From Chrysomallon squamiferum (Eukaryota; Animalia; Mollusca): a DNA stretch of 64,000 bases. Position 1 is the first letter of the stretch. Every line of letters starts with the position of its first letter. Positions 1-20,237 of this stretch are shown here, in pieces. The translations under genes and the position numbers were made by a program. The DNA is taken from assembly GCA_012295275.1 (NCBI GenBank), contig CM022672.1:4774001-4838000 (forward strand), written 5' to 3'. Below the pieces are notes generated by a model. That model had not been told where the DNA came from and made no database searches. It saw nothing but the letters and a program-made list of their open reading frames with translations.

Positions 1-534
1 AAAAAACAATCCAGAAAAAAAAAAAAAAAAAAAAGAAAAAGACGAAGGACATTTTTTTTTTTTTTTTTTCCCCAACAAATGGAACAAAAAATTATGAGAA
101 AGTAACATAAAACAAAAAAACACAAAAACAAAAAAAAACAAAACCTAACGACATTTTATAAGTAAAGAATATTCCATCACACGTTCTGACTCAAAAAAAC
201 TGCCGCGGGGTCCGAAGCTTTAAGGGGAGGCCACACAAGTTCCACTGACACCGCCCCCTTTGGCGCCCGCTCCAAGCCACGTGGCGTCTTCACAGAGCGA
301 GGCTGAGATAAAAATCAACGACTGAAATTTCTGATATTTTGGGGGTCTTCCTTTTTCGATTAATCTCATACTTTTATAACCGAGTGTGAAATCCCTTTCT
401 ATATAATTTGTTGGGTTCTTTTGGGGTAAAAAAAAATATAAAAATAAAAAAAAAAAAAAAAAAATAAAATAAAATCTATTTATTTAAAATAATTATTTTA
501 CTTAATAACATTCATTCGTTCATTAATTTAATTT

Positions 535-591
<57 letters not shown>

Positions 592-1699
592 TTAATTCAT
601 TCATTTATTTACTTAGAATTGTATATTTTTATTATGATGAGAAAGATGATGATGATATTATTATTATCATCATCAGGACCATTATTATTATTAGTATCAT
701 TTGTGTGATTTTTCTATTTTAGTACGGATACACTTAGCAATTTGTTAGCGAAATAATCAAAATGCAAATTTATATGAGTAAAACTGAATACAAAAAGGAT
801 TGTTGTATGTATGAGTGTATATATATACACATATATAAATGAATATTAGTTATATATATATAAGTTTGTATGTATATACATATGTATTTTTTGTATGTCT
901 GTACATACAACAAATTAAAAAATAAAATAAAATAAACAAACATATGTAATTTATTTACAAATATTCAGAAGATTTTTATTTTTTTTATTTTTTAAATGTT
1001 CTAACTATAAACGAGCAATCCTCTGCAGAAAATAAAACTAAAAAAAAAAAATAGACTTCAGGCTTTGACTATTTATTTTCGCTGAGGGAGTGGTCTGGCA
1101 ATGCCGACTGCCTGAGGAAATTGTGGATAGAAATTGTCAAAAATTTAATGATGTAAAACAAAATATTATTTTAAGAAATGTAATTAATTGTATAAACTAA
1201 TTTTATGTGTTAAGTTGAAAAGGGGGAAGGAAAACTGGTCATTATTAGAAAAAGTTGAATCCAGCCCACCCTGAATTCCTTCCCCCTCCCCAAAATCGGT
1301 TCCTGAAGTCGCAGCCATCTCCGAACAGGAAACGATGTCAGTGATAAAGCAGAATTATTAATGCAAATAAAAAAAAAAAGTATCAAATTTTCTTTTTCTT
1401 CGGAACTGCAGACGATATTCATCTTTTTCTACGCGAATCAAACGTATTTACAAATAGTTTATTTCAAATCCGTCCGTATTCGATTCATCTGATAAAGGTC
1501 GAAAGACGTACGAACGCACGCACAGACGAATGTGTTTCGTTTAGACAAGACAGCATCGAATCGCGAGCTGTTTATACGGCAGCACGCGTCGCGCACGTGG
1601 GAGCACGCGCTGCAATTCATATTTGCTTGGTCGAAGCCTGTAATTATTTGTCTCCCAGTTTGAAAGAAAGTTATAGCTAAAAAGGACAAAAAAAAAAAA

Positions 1700-2143
1700 A
1701 AAAAAAAAGGCGTCATTTTTGACAGCGTTCTGAATTTGAAAGTCATCATCTTTAGAGAAATTGCACTAAATTGTGTATTAAAACCTATGTATGGTTTCAC
1801 CAATGACAAGACGCCGAAACGACTCCAACACGTTTTGGTTTTGATATCCTCCTTTTTGTTCGGCTTCTCCCGGAGAACCAATGAGAGATCTCTTAGCGGG
1901 CTTCGCCAATCTCGTTACCCAATAAGAACGTGATGAAAAGACTTTGATTACCAACAACGTTAGCAGGTAGAATAGATTGAATCTTGCAAATCTAATGGCG
2001 CTGAAACCTTACAAAGTTTTCCAATCGTCACTTTCCTAGGGCTGGAGAGCTGTCTTTTAAAACCGAGAACGTTAAATCTCTCGCGTTCTGCAAGCAACTT
2101 GATACCAAAATTTGTTATTTAAAGACAGGTGCCTTATCGCAGA
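1700..2143 (+). promoter_or_regulatory. Probable glass promoter / start of 5' UTR
   Basis: GC-richer island in AT-rich DNA directly upstream of the exon-1 donor. Five CCAAT motifs (~1800, 1879, 1906, 1919, 2021) and Six/So-like motifs (GAAACCTTA at 2003, GCAACTTGATACC at 2094-2106). TSS cannot be determined from sequence. Confidence 0.5.
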
Positions 2144-2454
2144 ATGAAGTTGCTTTCAGGAACCTGCGACCGTTTTGGTCGCTACCCCGAGGTATGTATG
2201 TGTTATGCAAGAAGGTTACTCGAACGGTTATACTTAAAATTTAAAACAAATAATATTGACGAATACATAAATAATTGCAAATGCTTATTAAAAATGTATA
2301 TATAAAATAAAATAAAAATATATTTTGATAGATAGACAGATAGATAGATAGACAGATAAAGTATTATTTGTATTAAAATTATTATCCAAATGGAACAAAG
2401 CATATTTGAATACGAATTTCACGTTTTCGGTTTTTTTCTTTTATATATATATAT

Positions 2455-2485
<31 letters not shown>

Positions 2486-3316
2486 TTCTTTTTTTTTTTT
2501 TAATCATTATATATATAATTTATTTTTTGTATTTACCATTTTAGTTATTAGCCTTATATCTTTTAAGACAATGGAATTTAAAAACTCTGTTTATTTTTTT
2601 TTAATCCATTTCTTTAAAAATAAGTAAATAAATAAATAAATAAATTAATTATTATTCATTTCCTTAAAAAAAAAAAAATAATAATAATAAATAAATAAAT
2701 AAATAAAAAAGAAAGAAAGAAAAAAGAAAAGTTAAAATCATGCAGTTTAAGAGACTTAATAAAAATATTAAATAATCTAAGCCATTTTTAAAGTGAAAAT
2801 ATGCTAGGTTTTCGCATTAGGTTATAAAATAACTAAATTAAGTATTTCACTGAGAAAAAAAAATTATTATTATTATTATTATTATTACTGAGAAAAATTA
2901 TTTATATACATGACAGTCGACTTCTTTAAAATAAAATTAAATAAAGATTAAAACAAAGAAAGAAATTTCTCTTGACATTAACATATTACTGCGTGAGCGC
3001 ATATACTGACATATTCTTGTGTAAAAAAAAAAAAATAAAAAAATAAGTAATTGAATCAAATAATTATTTTTGAAATTTCATTAACAACAATTAACATAAA
3101 AAAAAAAAATACATATAAATTATATTATATTGCATATAATGTATTTACATGCATTTTAATAATACAGTAGTAATAATAATATCATTATTATCTACAGGCA
3201 TCATTAATAAGATATTCATTAATTCGTTCATTTTATTCATTCATTAATTTCCTTCTTTATTATTTTATTTTATTTTATTTTATTTTATTTTATTTTATTT
3301 ACCATGCAGCCTATCG

Positions 3317-3345
<29 letters not shown>
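2144..3345 (+). CDS. Upstream ORF of glass (spliced 2144-2191 + 3310-3345; 27 aa MKLLSGTCDRFGRYPEPIDGFVIRCQL), overlapping the glass ATG out of frame
   Basis: agaATG at 2144, donor GAG|GTATGT at 2192, acceptor ATGCAG| at 3309, TAA at 3343-3345, which lies downstream of the glass ATG (3317). Translation is inferred, not shown. Confidence 0.4.
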
Positions 3346-9297
<5,952 letters not shown>

Positions 9298-9828
9298 ACG
9301 ACGAAACTGCTCAGATTTGTGTCTCCATCTCCATGTACTGTAATATGGCAGCGTTAAAAACAAAACAACAAAACAAAAAATACAAAAAACTGGTCACTAA
9401 GATGGGAAAATGAATAAAGAATTTAGGAAGTGAGTCCTGATTTAAGTTTAAACAACCATTTGAAGAGAAATCAGTCGTCTAGACTTTTTTTTTTATTATA
9501 TTATTATTATTTTTTTTTATTTTATTTTTTTTTTTTCTCAGTTTGTTCGACGTTTGTATTCAATGAGTCGTTTGGATTTGATGGAAAGGGGAAGTAATTA
9601 AACTTTTAATATTTCCGATTTCACCACGGTTAAAATTATTACGGCTATTATAGGTGAAGAAATATATAATTTAATTGTTATTTTACTTAAACCGTATATA
9701 TTTAAATAATTTTTAATGTCAACTTTGTCTTTGTTGTTAGGTTTAAAAGTAACAATAAAATTAATAAGATGCAGTCTATATCGGCAGCATCAAAATGTGA
9801 TATTTATTATTATTATTATTATGAAGAA

Positions 9829-9879
<51 letters not shown>

Positions 9880-9891
9880 CCAACACAATAT

Positions 9892-9922
<31 letters not shown>

Positions 9923-10129
9923 TTAGAAATTCCATGTAATGAGATGAGACAAACATGAATTCAAAAATAGTTAAGATTTAAAATGCATAGTTTGAGAAAA
10001 CATAAACATATTATGAAAACAAAACAATCCAAACGAAACAGTTTTAAAATAAACATGTTTCTAGGGAATAACATTAGAAAACATTAAAATAATAATAATA
10101 ATAATAATAAAAACAACAACAAAGAGGCC

Positions 10130-10610
10130 AATATAACAATTTCAAAACTAATATGTTTCTAGAATACAATATGAGAAATAGTTTCAAAATTAATGTTTCT
10201 AGAATACAATATGAGAAATAGTCTTAAAACTAATGTTTCTAGAATACAATATGACAAATAGTTTCAAAACTAATATGTTTCTAGAATACAATATGAGAAA
10301 TAGTCTTAAAACTAATATGTTTCTAGAATACAATATGAAAAATAGTCTTAAAAATAATATATACTTCTAAAATACAATATGAAAAATAATTTTAAAACGA
10401 TCATATTCTAGTTTTATTTTAACAGTTTTTAACTTACATTTATAGAAAACAATATGAAAAATAATTTTAAAACGATCATATTCTAGTTTTAACAGTTTTT
10501 AACTTACATTTATAGAGAAAGCAATATGAAAAATAATTTTAAAACGATCATATTCTAGTTTTAACAGTTTTTAACTTACATTTATAGAGAAAGCAATAGG
10601 AAAATGAAAC
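10130..10610. repeat. Compound minisatellite: ~40 bp units (GTTTCTAGAATACAATATGAGAAATAGT...) followed by three ~70 bp units (AATATGAAAAATAATTTTAAAACGATCATATTCTAG...)
   Basis: Tandem copies visible downstream of the glass stop codon. Confidence 0.85.
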
Positions 10611-11317
10611 ATTTTTAAACTAAACAAGTTTGTAGAGAATAACACGAGGCGAACAGAAGAATTAAAAAATAAACATTTTTTTTTTAGAGAGAACCATGAG
10701 CGATAGAGAAGCTTACAAATAAACAGGCGATATTCTGATGGAACAATTAGACTTGTGCAGTAATTATCAAAATAGTAAACTCTCTTGACGTATACACACA
10801 AAGTACAAATAGGACTAGGTGACATTATATCGCTCAATGTTCATTTTGTGTAGATAAATTCATTTATAAAATAATAATGACTTGATGTTGTCCTTAAAGT
10901 TAGCGATATGACACATATTGCATATTGCCTATAATTATACGCATGCAGGCTGTTTCTTCTTCTTTTTCTAGTTATTATTATTGTTATAATAATTATTATT
11001 TTTATTAATCCATCAATTTATTTATTTATTTATTATTATTAATATTATTTTCTTCTTCTTCAATTTTTTTTTATTTTTTTTTAATTTTCGATTTTTTTTC
11101 TCAGGCCGATTTGAACTTTCAGGCTAGTTCGTTATTACGTTACAGGATCGTCACACTTGAGTGCATTCGTTGGAGTATTTCTTATTGCAAACAGTGCCAC
11201 ATAAAATGTAAGGCAAGGTCGTTAAATTATGAATATACATAAACATGCACAAAAACACATTCTACACCTTGAAAACTGACTAAATATTATTTTTATTATA
11301 ATTAGGTTTATTATTAA

Positions 11318-11375
<58 letters not shown>

Positions 11376-11779
11376 TTATTGGTTTTCTTTCTTTTTTTCC
11401 ATCATTATTTATTTATTTATTTATTTATGCCGTTATGTTTTTGTTTTCCCTGGCATACCAGTATGCCAAGAAATCATAGCAACAGAAAAGTTCTGTGAAC
11501 GAATTAACAAAAAATTGTTGAAGAGTAAGACAAGTTGTGAAGTTAATGAAATGTCTGAATGAATAGAAGCAGAAAATGAATGGCCAGTTATGTGTTTTAA
11601 AAGTCTGCGAAAAGATTCCTAGACAAAAATGAATTCACACCGTGTTTTGATTGTGAACCCGCTTTTCATATGTACCCTCCACTTTAGGCGCCCACGTAGC
11701 CATAGATATATAGATATATGTTTGTACATGTATGTATATATATGTGTGTGTGCATATGTATGTATATGTGGGTGTATAT

Positions 11780-11833
<54 letters not shown>

Positions 11834-12646
11834 ATATGTATTTATGTATGTATGTATGTATATTGTCAAAATGTGTTTACGTGTGTGTGTGTGTGTGTGT
11901 GTTTCATGTTTGTGTGTATGAAAATGTTTTCATCTCTCCATTAAAACAATCACATCATAATTTCCTCTGATTAAAATCATCTTATTTTATTTTCCTGATT
12001 AGGACGTCGTAGTAAAATTTTCTTCGTGTTTTTATCATGGGAAATCAAACTCTACGTACTTTATAGACCGACGGCCAAAACTCGGTGATTCAACGTACGA
12101 CTCGGTTCTAACCATTCAACCTCACTTTGGTTCGTGCGCACGCGCACCCCTCGAGCAGCGGATTTGAAGAACACGGGTCGGATGTCACAAGAGCCATCGG
12201 GAAAGCAGTGGGGTGGCGCCTTTATCGATTGAAGTAGCCTTTCTCGTGTGTAATTTAAAGTCAAAGCGACAAATTACCAGCAAATCGCTCGCTTAAATGC
12301 GGAACTTAAATATTTGTTTGTCCGTTCGCTCTCCGCCCGGCCAATTACAGGTTCGGAAAATGACACCAAGGAGCCAGAGAGCGAGAGATGACCGCCGTTC
12401 GACCACAGGTCACTGGGCAAGCAGAAATAACAGAAACGTCTCAAGCCATCGTCTTAGCTTTTGACTTACAAAATCAATGTACTGGGCCGTAACTGCATTT
12501 TAAATTAAATATGCCCATGAATCAAAAACGATTATCTTTGTTTGGTTCATATTTTTATAATCTAAATACGTAAAAATATTCTTGATCAAGATAGCTAAAT
12601 ATGTATTGGTTTACCTTACTACATTTATTTGAAATTGGATCCTCTG

Positions 12647-12649
<3 letters not shown>

Positions 12650-12718
<69 letters not shown>

Positions 12719-12780
12719 AAGAAGAAGAAGAAGAACAAGAAGAAGAACAACAACAACAACAACAAGAACAACAACAATAA
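12650..12780. repeat. Compound (AAT)n(AAG)n(AAC)n microsatellite
   Basis: Visible. Confidence 0.9.
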
Positions 12781-13009
12781 TTTTCACATTAGGAAGGCCA
12801 TCATAAAACAACAATATCACACACGCGCGCGCGCACACACACACACATACAGACAGACACTTGTGTCTCTCATCTCTCCTTGTACTCCTCGTAATCTCTA
12901 ATAATTGTTTCGTTGATTATGTCCCTTTAATGAAGAGATATTTCATATTACGTCTTATACTGCAAGAATGAGAAATCACGTTAGAGCTGCTATTAACGTT
13001 TTCTTCATT

Positions 13010-13061
<52 letters not shown>

Positions 13062-13956
13062 TATATATATATTAATTAATAAAAGACTATTCACACAAAA
13101 TGAAATTATTGTTAAACTAAATGATGCAGCTGACAGTATTCAGTGCTTTACTTGTATTGAAAGTTTTCGTATTTTTAAAATTTATTTGAAAGCAGATCGT
13201 AAATGCATTCATTAAAATATAATCAAAACAGATTAAACAACAATGAAGCGATGTTTGTACATGTGGATGATTCTTTAATTACACATTATTTGTCCCCTAA
13301 TCGGATCGATTATCGAAGATAAAATCTCGCCCTGCCCAGAAAGCTTGGAAAGAACATCACGGCAGCCATATGTCTATCGAGCCAGGATTTTCTGCGCAAT
13401 CGCACTTATCACAGCCGAGGTCAAAGATCAGCAGTTTCTCGTGTGATGCTCTGTAATTAGTCGATTAGATGTCTCTATAAATATATCGTGTTTCCGGCCG
13501 TCGTACACAAGAATTCTGTTGGGAAAACAGTACCCAGGGGGCGCCACACTCGGACCTCTCCGGAAACGTGAATTTAATGACTTGGGAGGAAGAACAGCAC
13601 GTGCGTATTGTTGTGGGAGGTTAGTCCGCCACAATGGCTGGCTGTCGGAAATTACTACGCCATATGATATAACACGATCACTGAAGTTCTGCTAGTTTAT
13701 TATTCGAGATGAATAGATTCGTCTTAAGATAAGAATTTAATTATATTTTCATATGTCACTTTTGTTCGAAATTTTGAATGTTCATTAAAATATTAAATTT
13801 AAGTGTTACTGACAATTATTCAAGTTTTAAGTTGTACAACTTCGGCAAAAAATACTACTACTACTAGCCCGACTAGTAATGCAACTTCTACCACTATAAC
13901 TATTACTCATCATACACTGATCATGCTACCACTCCAATACCACCATTTGACTACGC

Positions 13957-13988
<32 letters not shown>

Positions 13989-14256
13989 AAAAAAATGGCC
14001 TTTGTATTGTGAAAAACGTTTAGCGTGTATATTTTTAATTAGATTTTTTCTTCTAACCGTGCAACTAAATAAAAATTTATTTGAAAAAACAAAACAAGAC
14101 ACAATAACAATAAAAATAACCAAAAACAAACAAGAATAATTATTTGAACATTTGTTGTTTGCCTAACTTTTGAAATTTATTATGTTGGATATTATTTTAC
14201 CAATTCATTTTATTTTTATTTTATTTTATTTTATTTTATTTTATTTATTTATTCAT

Positions 14257-14344
<88 letters not shown>

Positions 14345-14699
14345 GTTATTGTAATCACAAGAAAGTGAAGAAAATAAATCAAGGAATGTAATTGAACAAA
14401 GCTTATTTCATGAAATGTCACTTAAATTAACAGAAGCTCGAGATCTGAGCTGGGTCAGCCAGGATTGCACCAAGTGGTCAACACGGACAAAAATCTGTTA
14501 CCTGCTGCTATGACCCACGTGTCCAGTAAAACACAACCACTGGGGCAGCCGTGTACAGCTGTACAGGAAGCCCAGGTGAGATACACCCTGAAATTCAGCG
14601 CACAACGATGTGAATGTTCTGATAAAATAATCAGCCATATTTTGTCACCAAATTTCTGTGTAGTTATTTTTGTGAACATTTGTCTGTGGGTATGTATAT

Positions 14700-14712
14700 G
14701 TGCATGTATGTA

Positions 14713-14743
<31 letters not shown>

Positions 14744-14840
14744 ATGTATGTATGTATGTATGTATGTATGTATGTATGTATGTATGTATGTATGTATGTA
14801 TGTATGTATGTATGTATGTATGTATGTATGTATGTAGATA
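14700..14840. repeat. (TATG)n microsatellite
   Basis: Visible. Confidence 0.9.
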
Positions 14841-15718
14841 GCTAGATAAGTAGGTAGTTATTAAGTATGTATGTGTATGTATGTGTATGTATATGTATGT
14901 ATATGTACGTGTATGTGTATGTATTTTTAGGTTTGTATGTGCATGTATTTTTCTGTGTGTATCTATATACATATAAAATATCTGTGTGTCTCTGTATTTT
15001 TGTATGTATGTAAATGTGTGTATGCTTCATTCTAAGTGTACAACTGTGTGCGGGTGTAAATATGTTTGTACTTCTGTGTTTGCGTGTCTGTTCGTGCTTG
15101 TTCGTGACTGTATTTACGTTCGCGGGTAATGTATGTGCTTATTTGTGTACGAAAATGTGTGTTTATGTGTGTATCCGTGTGTATGTTTACTTATTTAACG
15201 GTGTATGTCTGCATGTAAATATGCATCAGTGTATGTGTCTATGTATGTAAGTAACTGTGTATGTAAGTATCTATTGCAAATAATATTTCAGGTGTTGGTA
15301 TATATTTTTGAAAGTGTTTCTTTTAGGCATCTGTGTATGAATGTGTATATATGAAATAGCCAAATACATTATACACAAATACACGTATTCAGCAACAAAC
15401 ACATATATTAATACACACACATATATATGTGTATATATACAAACGCTCACATATGTTTGTACGTATACATATTTGTGTTCATATGTGCCTAATAATACAT
15501 GTATTAAAATATGTCTTTGTTCCTGTGTGCGTGTATTTGTGTATAATGTAGTTGACTATTTCAGTGGGTTCTTTTAACTTGTGTCTATATGACTATGTAA
15601 GTTAACTACGTATAAATGTGTGTATGTCTTTGAAAGTACAGTATATTTGTAATCATGTATGTACGTATGTGTGTATATATGGATACATGTATGTTTCAAT
15701 ATGTGTTTGTGTGTATGT

Positions 15719-15771
<53 letters not shown>

Positions 15772-16371
15772 GGATTCAGGATGCTCCGGTAGTTAGCGCG
15801 TTTTCTCTACGGAATCGCATTCTGGTTGTCACGGGGGCTGCGGAGGATGAATCCAGACATCACCACTTCTGTTTCATTCCTCATTGCAGGTCCTCTGGCT
15901 GGCGAGACTTTTGAGAGAGATGATTTCATGACTTTGAGGTTTCTTCGCTTGACTAAATTCACAGTGGACATACTGCGTGAGAGTTCGTGCTAATTTGATT
16001 CAAGTTGATTCTAGTTTCCTTACTGTAGCGTGGGCCAACAGGAACGATAACTCCTGACGGCACGAATTGCGTCTGCTCACAACAACGCGTCCAGATTTTT
16101 GCAGTTGAGTGTGTGGAAACTACACCTGAATGCTCTTTTCTGCTGCGTTATGACGCCGGGCACAAAGACAGCTAGAAAAGTTAATACATAAATTTGCGAG
16201 AACATTATAATTTCAATTTGTTGTGCACGCATTTGCAAAAAAAAAAAAAAAAAAAAAAAAAATCCCGTTTGAAAAGTTAGATTAAGCTGAAAATGTAATT
16301 AGGAAAGGTTTTCTCTGTCATGGTTTTGTAATATGAACAACTGTCCAATTCTGTATTAGTGTTAATCATAA

Positions 16372-16407
<36 letters not shown>

Positions 16408-16603
16408 AAATACGTTAAATTGTTGAATTTAGCTATTTAAAACCCCGATTAGACGATTTCCGAGCATGTTCGATCGAAATCCAAGATGGCGTCGTCCTCC
16501 TCGGCTTAGTATTTACAAACTTTATAATACATATTCCTTCATATTGCAATCGATTCAACATGAATTATTACAAGTAGTTTCTTAAAGTAAAACCAATATC
16601 TCA

Positions 16604-16682
<79 letters not shown>
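16604..16682. repeat. (TATC)n microsatellite
   Basis: Visible. Confidence 0.9.
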
Positions 16683-17649
16683 ACAGACGTCTGATATTGA
16701 GTAGAAATATTATTACAGCCCAGATACATTCATTATACAGACTGATACCAGTTTGACTTGTTTGATTAATTTGACAGTATGGTTTTACAGCTGAAAGAAT
16801 AATAAAAACACCAGAACACTAAAATACTTTTCCATTTATTTATTATATATTTTTTCTTTTTCTTTTCATTTCATTCACAACAACAACAATATGGACGGCA
16901 AAATGAAATATAAAATATCTATAATACTTTGTTTATTATTATTATATAAAATAATATTTTAAAAATGAACTCAGAGATGTTTGTTTAGAATACCAGTCAC
17001 TTTGTGTTTTAATTTTTTAATTAGAATTTTTTATGTGAAATTGCAACAAAACTGCCCTGTTATGATGGATGATTCCGTATCAAAAAAATTAATAGCCGAT
17101 TATCAGCAGCAGCATCATCACCGTCATCATCACCGTCATCATCATCCTCATTATCATCATCCATAGCAAATATATCTTATACAAATAAACGTAAAGACAG
17201 GACTAATTGTAATTTGGACATATTTTTAAATTACAACTCTCTGGTAGATTGATGATTTAGTGACACACTGTAAAGTCTTCAACGTTACAAAAGAAAAGAA
17301 GAAAGTCAAAGTGTAACTGAAAATGTATGTACAAGACTAAACTTATGTGCATAAATAACAAGTGAACATACGTAAACAAAGCGAGTTTGGATTGTGTGTT
17401 TGTGTGCGTGCGTGCGTGCGTGTGTCTTCAATTTTATTTTATTTATTATTATTAACTTTCTTCTCCCATTTTTTTTTTTTTTTTTTTTCCCTCAAAAACT
17501 GAGTCTGTACTTTCCAAATGTTACATTCACCAATAAATTACAACATAAATACATTGTGTACATAAATACATATTTATGTATATATTTATCTTTTTGTGTA
17601 CTCCCAAAACGATTCTGCAGGCTACTTAGACTGCAAAGCATATTTCTCT

Positions 17650-17793
17650 TTTTATTATTATTATTCTTATCATCATCATCATCATCATTATCATTATCAT
17701 TATCATTATTATCATCATTATTATTATCATTATCATTATTATAGTTATTATTATTATTATTATCATTATTATTATTATTATTTCATTATTATA

Positions 17794-17843
<50 letters not shown>

Positions 17844-17853
17844 CATTATTATA

Positions 17854-17928
<75 letters not shown>

Positions 17929-17940
17929 GTTATTATTATT
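17650..17940. repeat. (ATC/ATT)n microsatellite
   Basis: Visible. Confidence 0.9.
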
Positions 17941-18164
17941 TTCCTCCTGGAGACGACTTTGGACGAAACGGTCAGTTGGAGATGACCAACGTGACGCGTC
18001 ACCGCCCGCGCTGTAACGGTTGCCAGGGCTGGACACGGAAATTGACAGTTTGGATGAAAGATCTACAGACGAGAATACACGTACCAAGGCACTGCATAAC
18101 AGAATTATAGACGAGAATATTATACCAAGGCACTAATAACTGCAGAATTATATAAGAGAATATA

Positions 18165-18200
<36 letters not shown>

Positions 18201-19454
18201 TGTATGTATGTATGTATGTATGTATGTACCAAGGCATTTCGTAAGAGAATTATGTACAACGTAAATATTTAATAAAATATTTTGTCTTAATGAATATTTC
18301 AAAAATTAGAATTCTCTGCTCGAAGAATTTGAATGATACAGATAGAGAGTTCATAACATACTGTGTTACTCATTAAATTTAAATACATTTAACGAAAGGA
18401 ATAAATTCTCTGCATCTTGGTTAAATCAAATATGCGCTTTCATATTCCTGGGTCGCATCTCTGATAACTATAGAAGAGAAAAATTAAAATATTTTCACGT
18501 TCTAACGTAATAAAATTAAATGTTTCTATGTACAGTGCTGTTTGATAGGAACAAGTACATTGTTTTGTGTATTTACAGATATGGAACATTTGAATCAACA
18601 GCGTTGTCAAGAACAAACAAAATTTCATTCATATATTAATAAATACATACTATGATATCAAAAATAAACAATCAGGAAAATGAAATCAATATCTATAATT
18701 TTACAAACATTTCGTTCATATGATCAGAATTATATACAACATATCCAAAACAAAAATAGTCCGAAATAATTATGAATCAAAAGTCAATGACATAACCTCA
18801 ACTGATGTACAAACTAACTTCAATGACATGTTTAAATTAATGTCTTCTTGTTTATTTACAAAAAACAAGCCGTCTGAATATACTGAATATATTTCGCAGT
18901 CATTTTGGCAGTTCTATAAAGGGAATCTACTTTTTTCATGATATTAAAATATAAAAATAATTTGACCGAGATTCTTTCTCCTTCTTTCATATAAACTCGT
19001 AACGACAAATCTTTTTTTTTTTTTGCAAACGTAAGAAGTTCCTTGCAGTCAGACAAAGTAACTATTTACTCACTCGTGCCAGTTCACCTTCATAACCATA
19101 TTTTATAATTATGAAATTATTTGGTCACTTGTAATAAATAAATTACTCCTTTACGTGGAAGTATCCAGAAATATATTTAGGCTTGATCATTATTCATGAG
19201 AACAGTATTTAAAAAAAAATCAACATAACCAGTAAACAATAGATAAAATTAACATAAACCCGAGCACTATTACAAATTGCGAGCCTGAAAATCCTTATTT
19301 ATTTTTACTACTAAATTTACGTAATCCTGTCATTACGAATATTATCGCTGCCGTCATTTCACACACAAAAAAATAAATATAATTAGTATAGTTACTACTG
19401 TTCAGATAGTGACTATCCCATTCCAAACAGAATTCAGTTGCTCCTTGGACCACT

Positions 19455-20195
19455 CTATATATGGTTTAAGGGACTGGATCTCAGGTTGCAGTTCAGCATC
19501 CCGTGTTCCTGCCACCTGGGAATGAGAATGAGTGGCGGGCTGACAGCAGACGGCAGGGAATACCCGTACCCGAGAGTGCTTTGTCTCACGTGCAGCGAGT
19601 CCGCGGGATGCGGCGAGTGAGCATTCAGAAACACTGGCCGCAGGCTCTGACCCGGACTGCCATTTGCTGCAATAGCAATAGTAATAATAGTAATAATAGT
19701 AGTAATAATAGTAATAGTGATAATAATAGTAATAGTAATAGTAATAATAATAACAATAGTAGTAGTAATAATAGTAATAGTGATAATAATAGTAATAGTA
19801 ATAGTAATAATAATAATAGTAGTAGTAATAATAGTAATAGTGATAATAATAGTAATAGTAATAATAATAATAGTAGTAATAACAATAATAATAATAATAA
19901 TAGTAATAATAATAATAATAGTAGTAGTAATAATAATAGTAATAGTAATAATAAAATAATAGTAATAATAATAATAATAATAATAATAGTAGTAATAATA
20001 GTAATAGTAATAATAATAATAATAATAATAATAGTAATACTAATAGTAATAGTAATAATAATAGTAATAATAGTAATAGTAATAATAATAATAGTAGTAG
20101 TAATAATAATAATAGTAGTAATAATAATAATAGTAATAATAATAATAGTAATAATAATAATAATAGTCGTAATAATAGTAACAGTAATAATAGTA

Positions 20196-20237
<42 letters not shown>

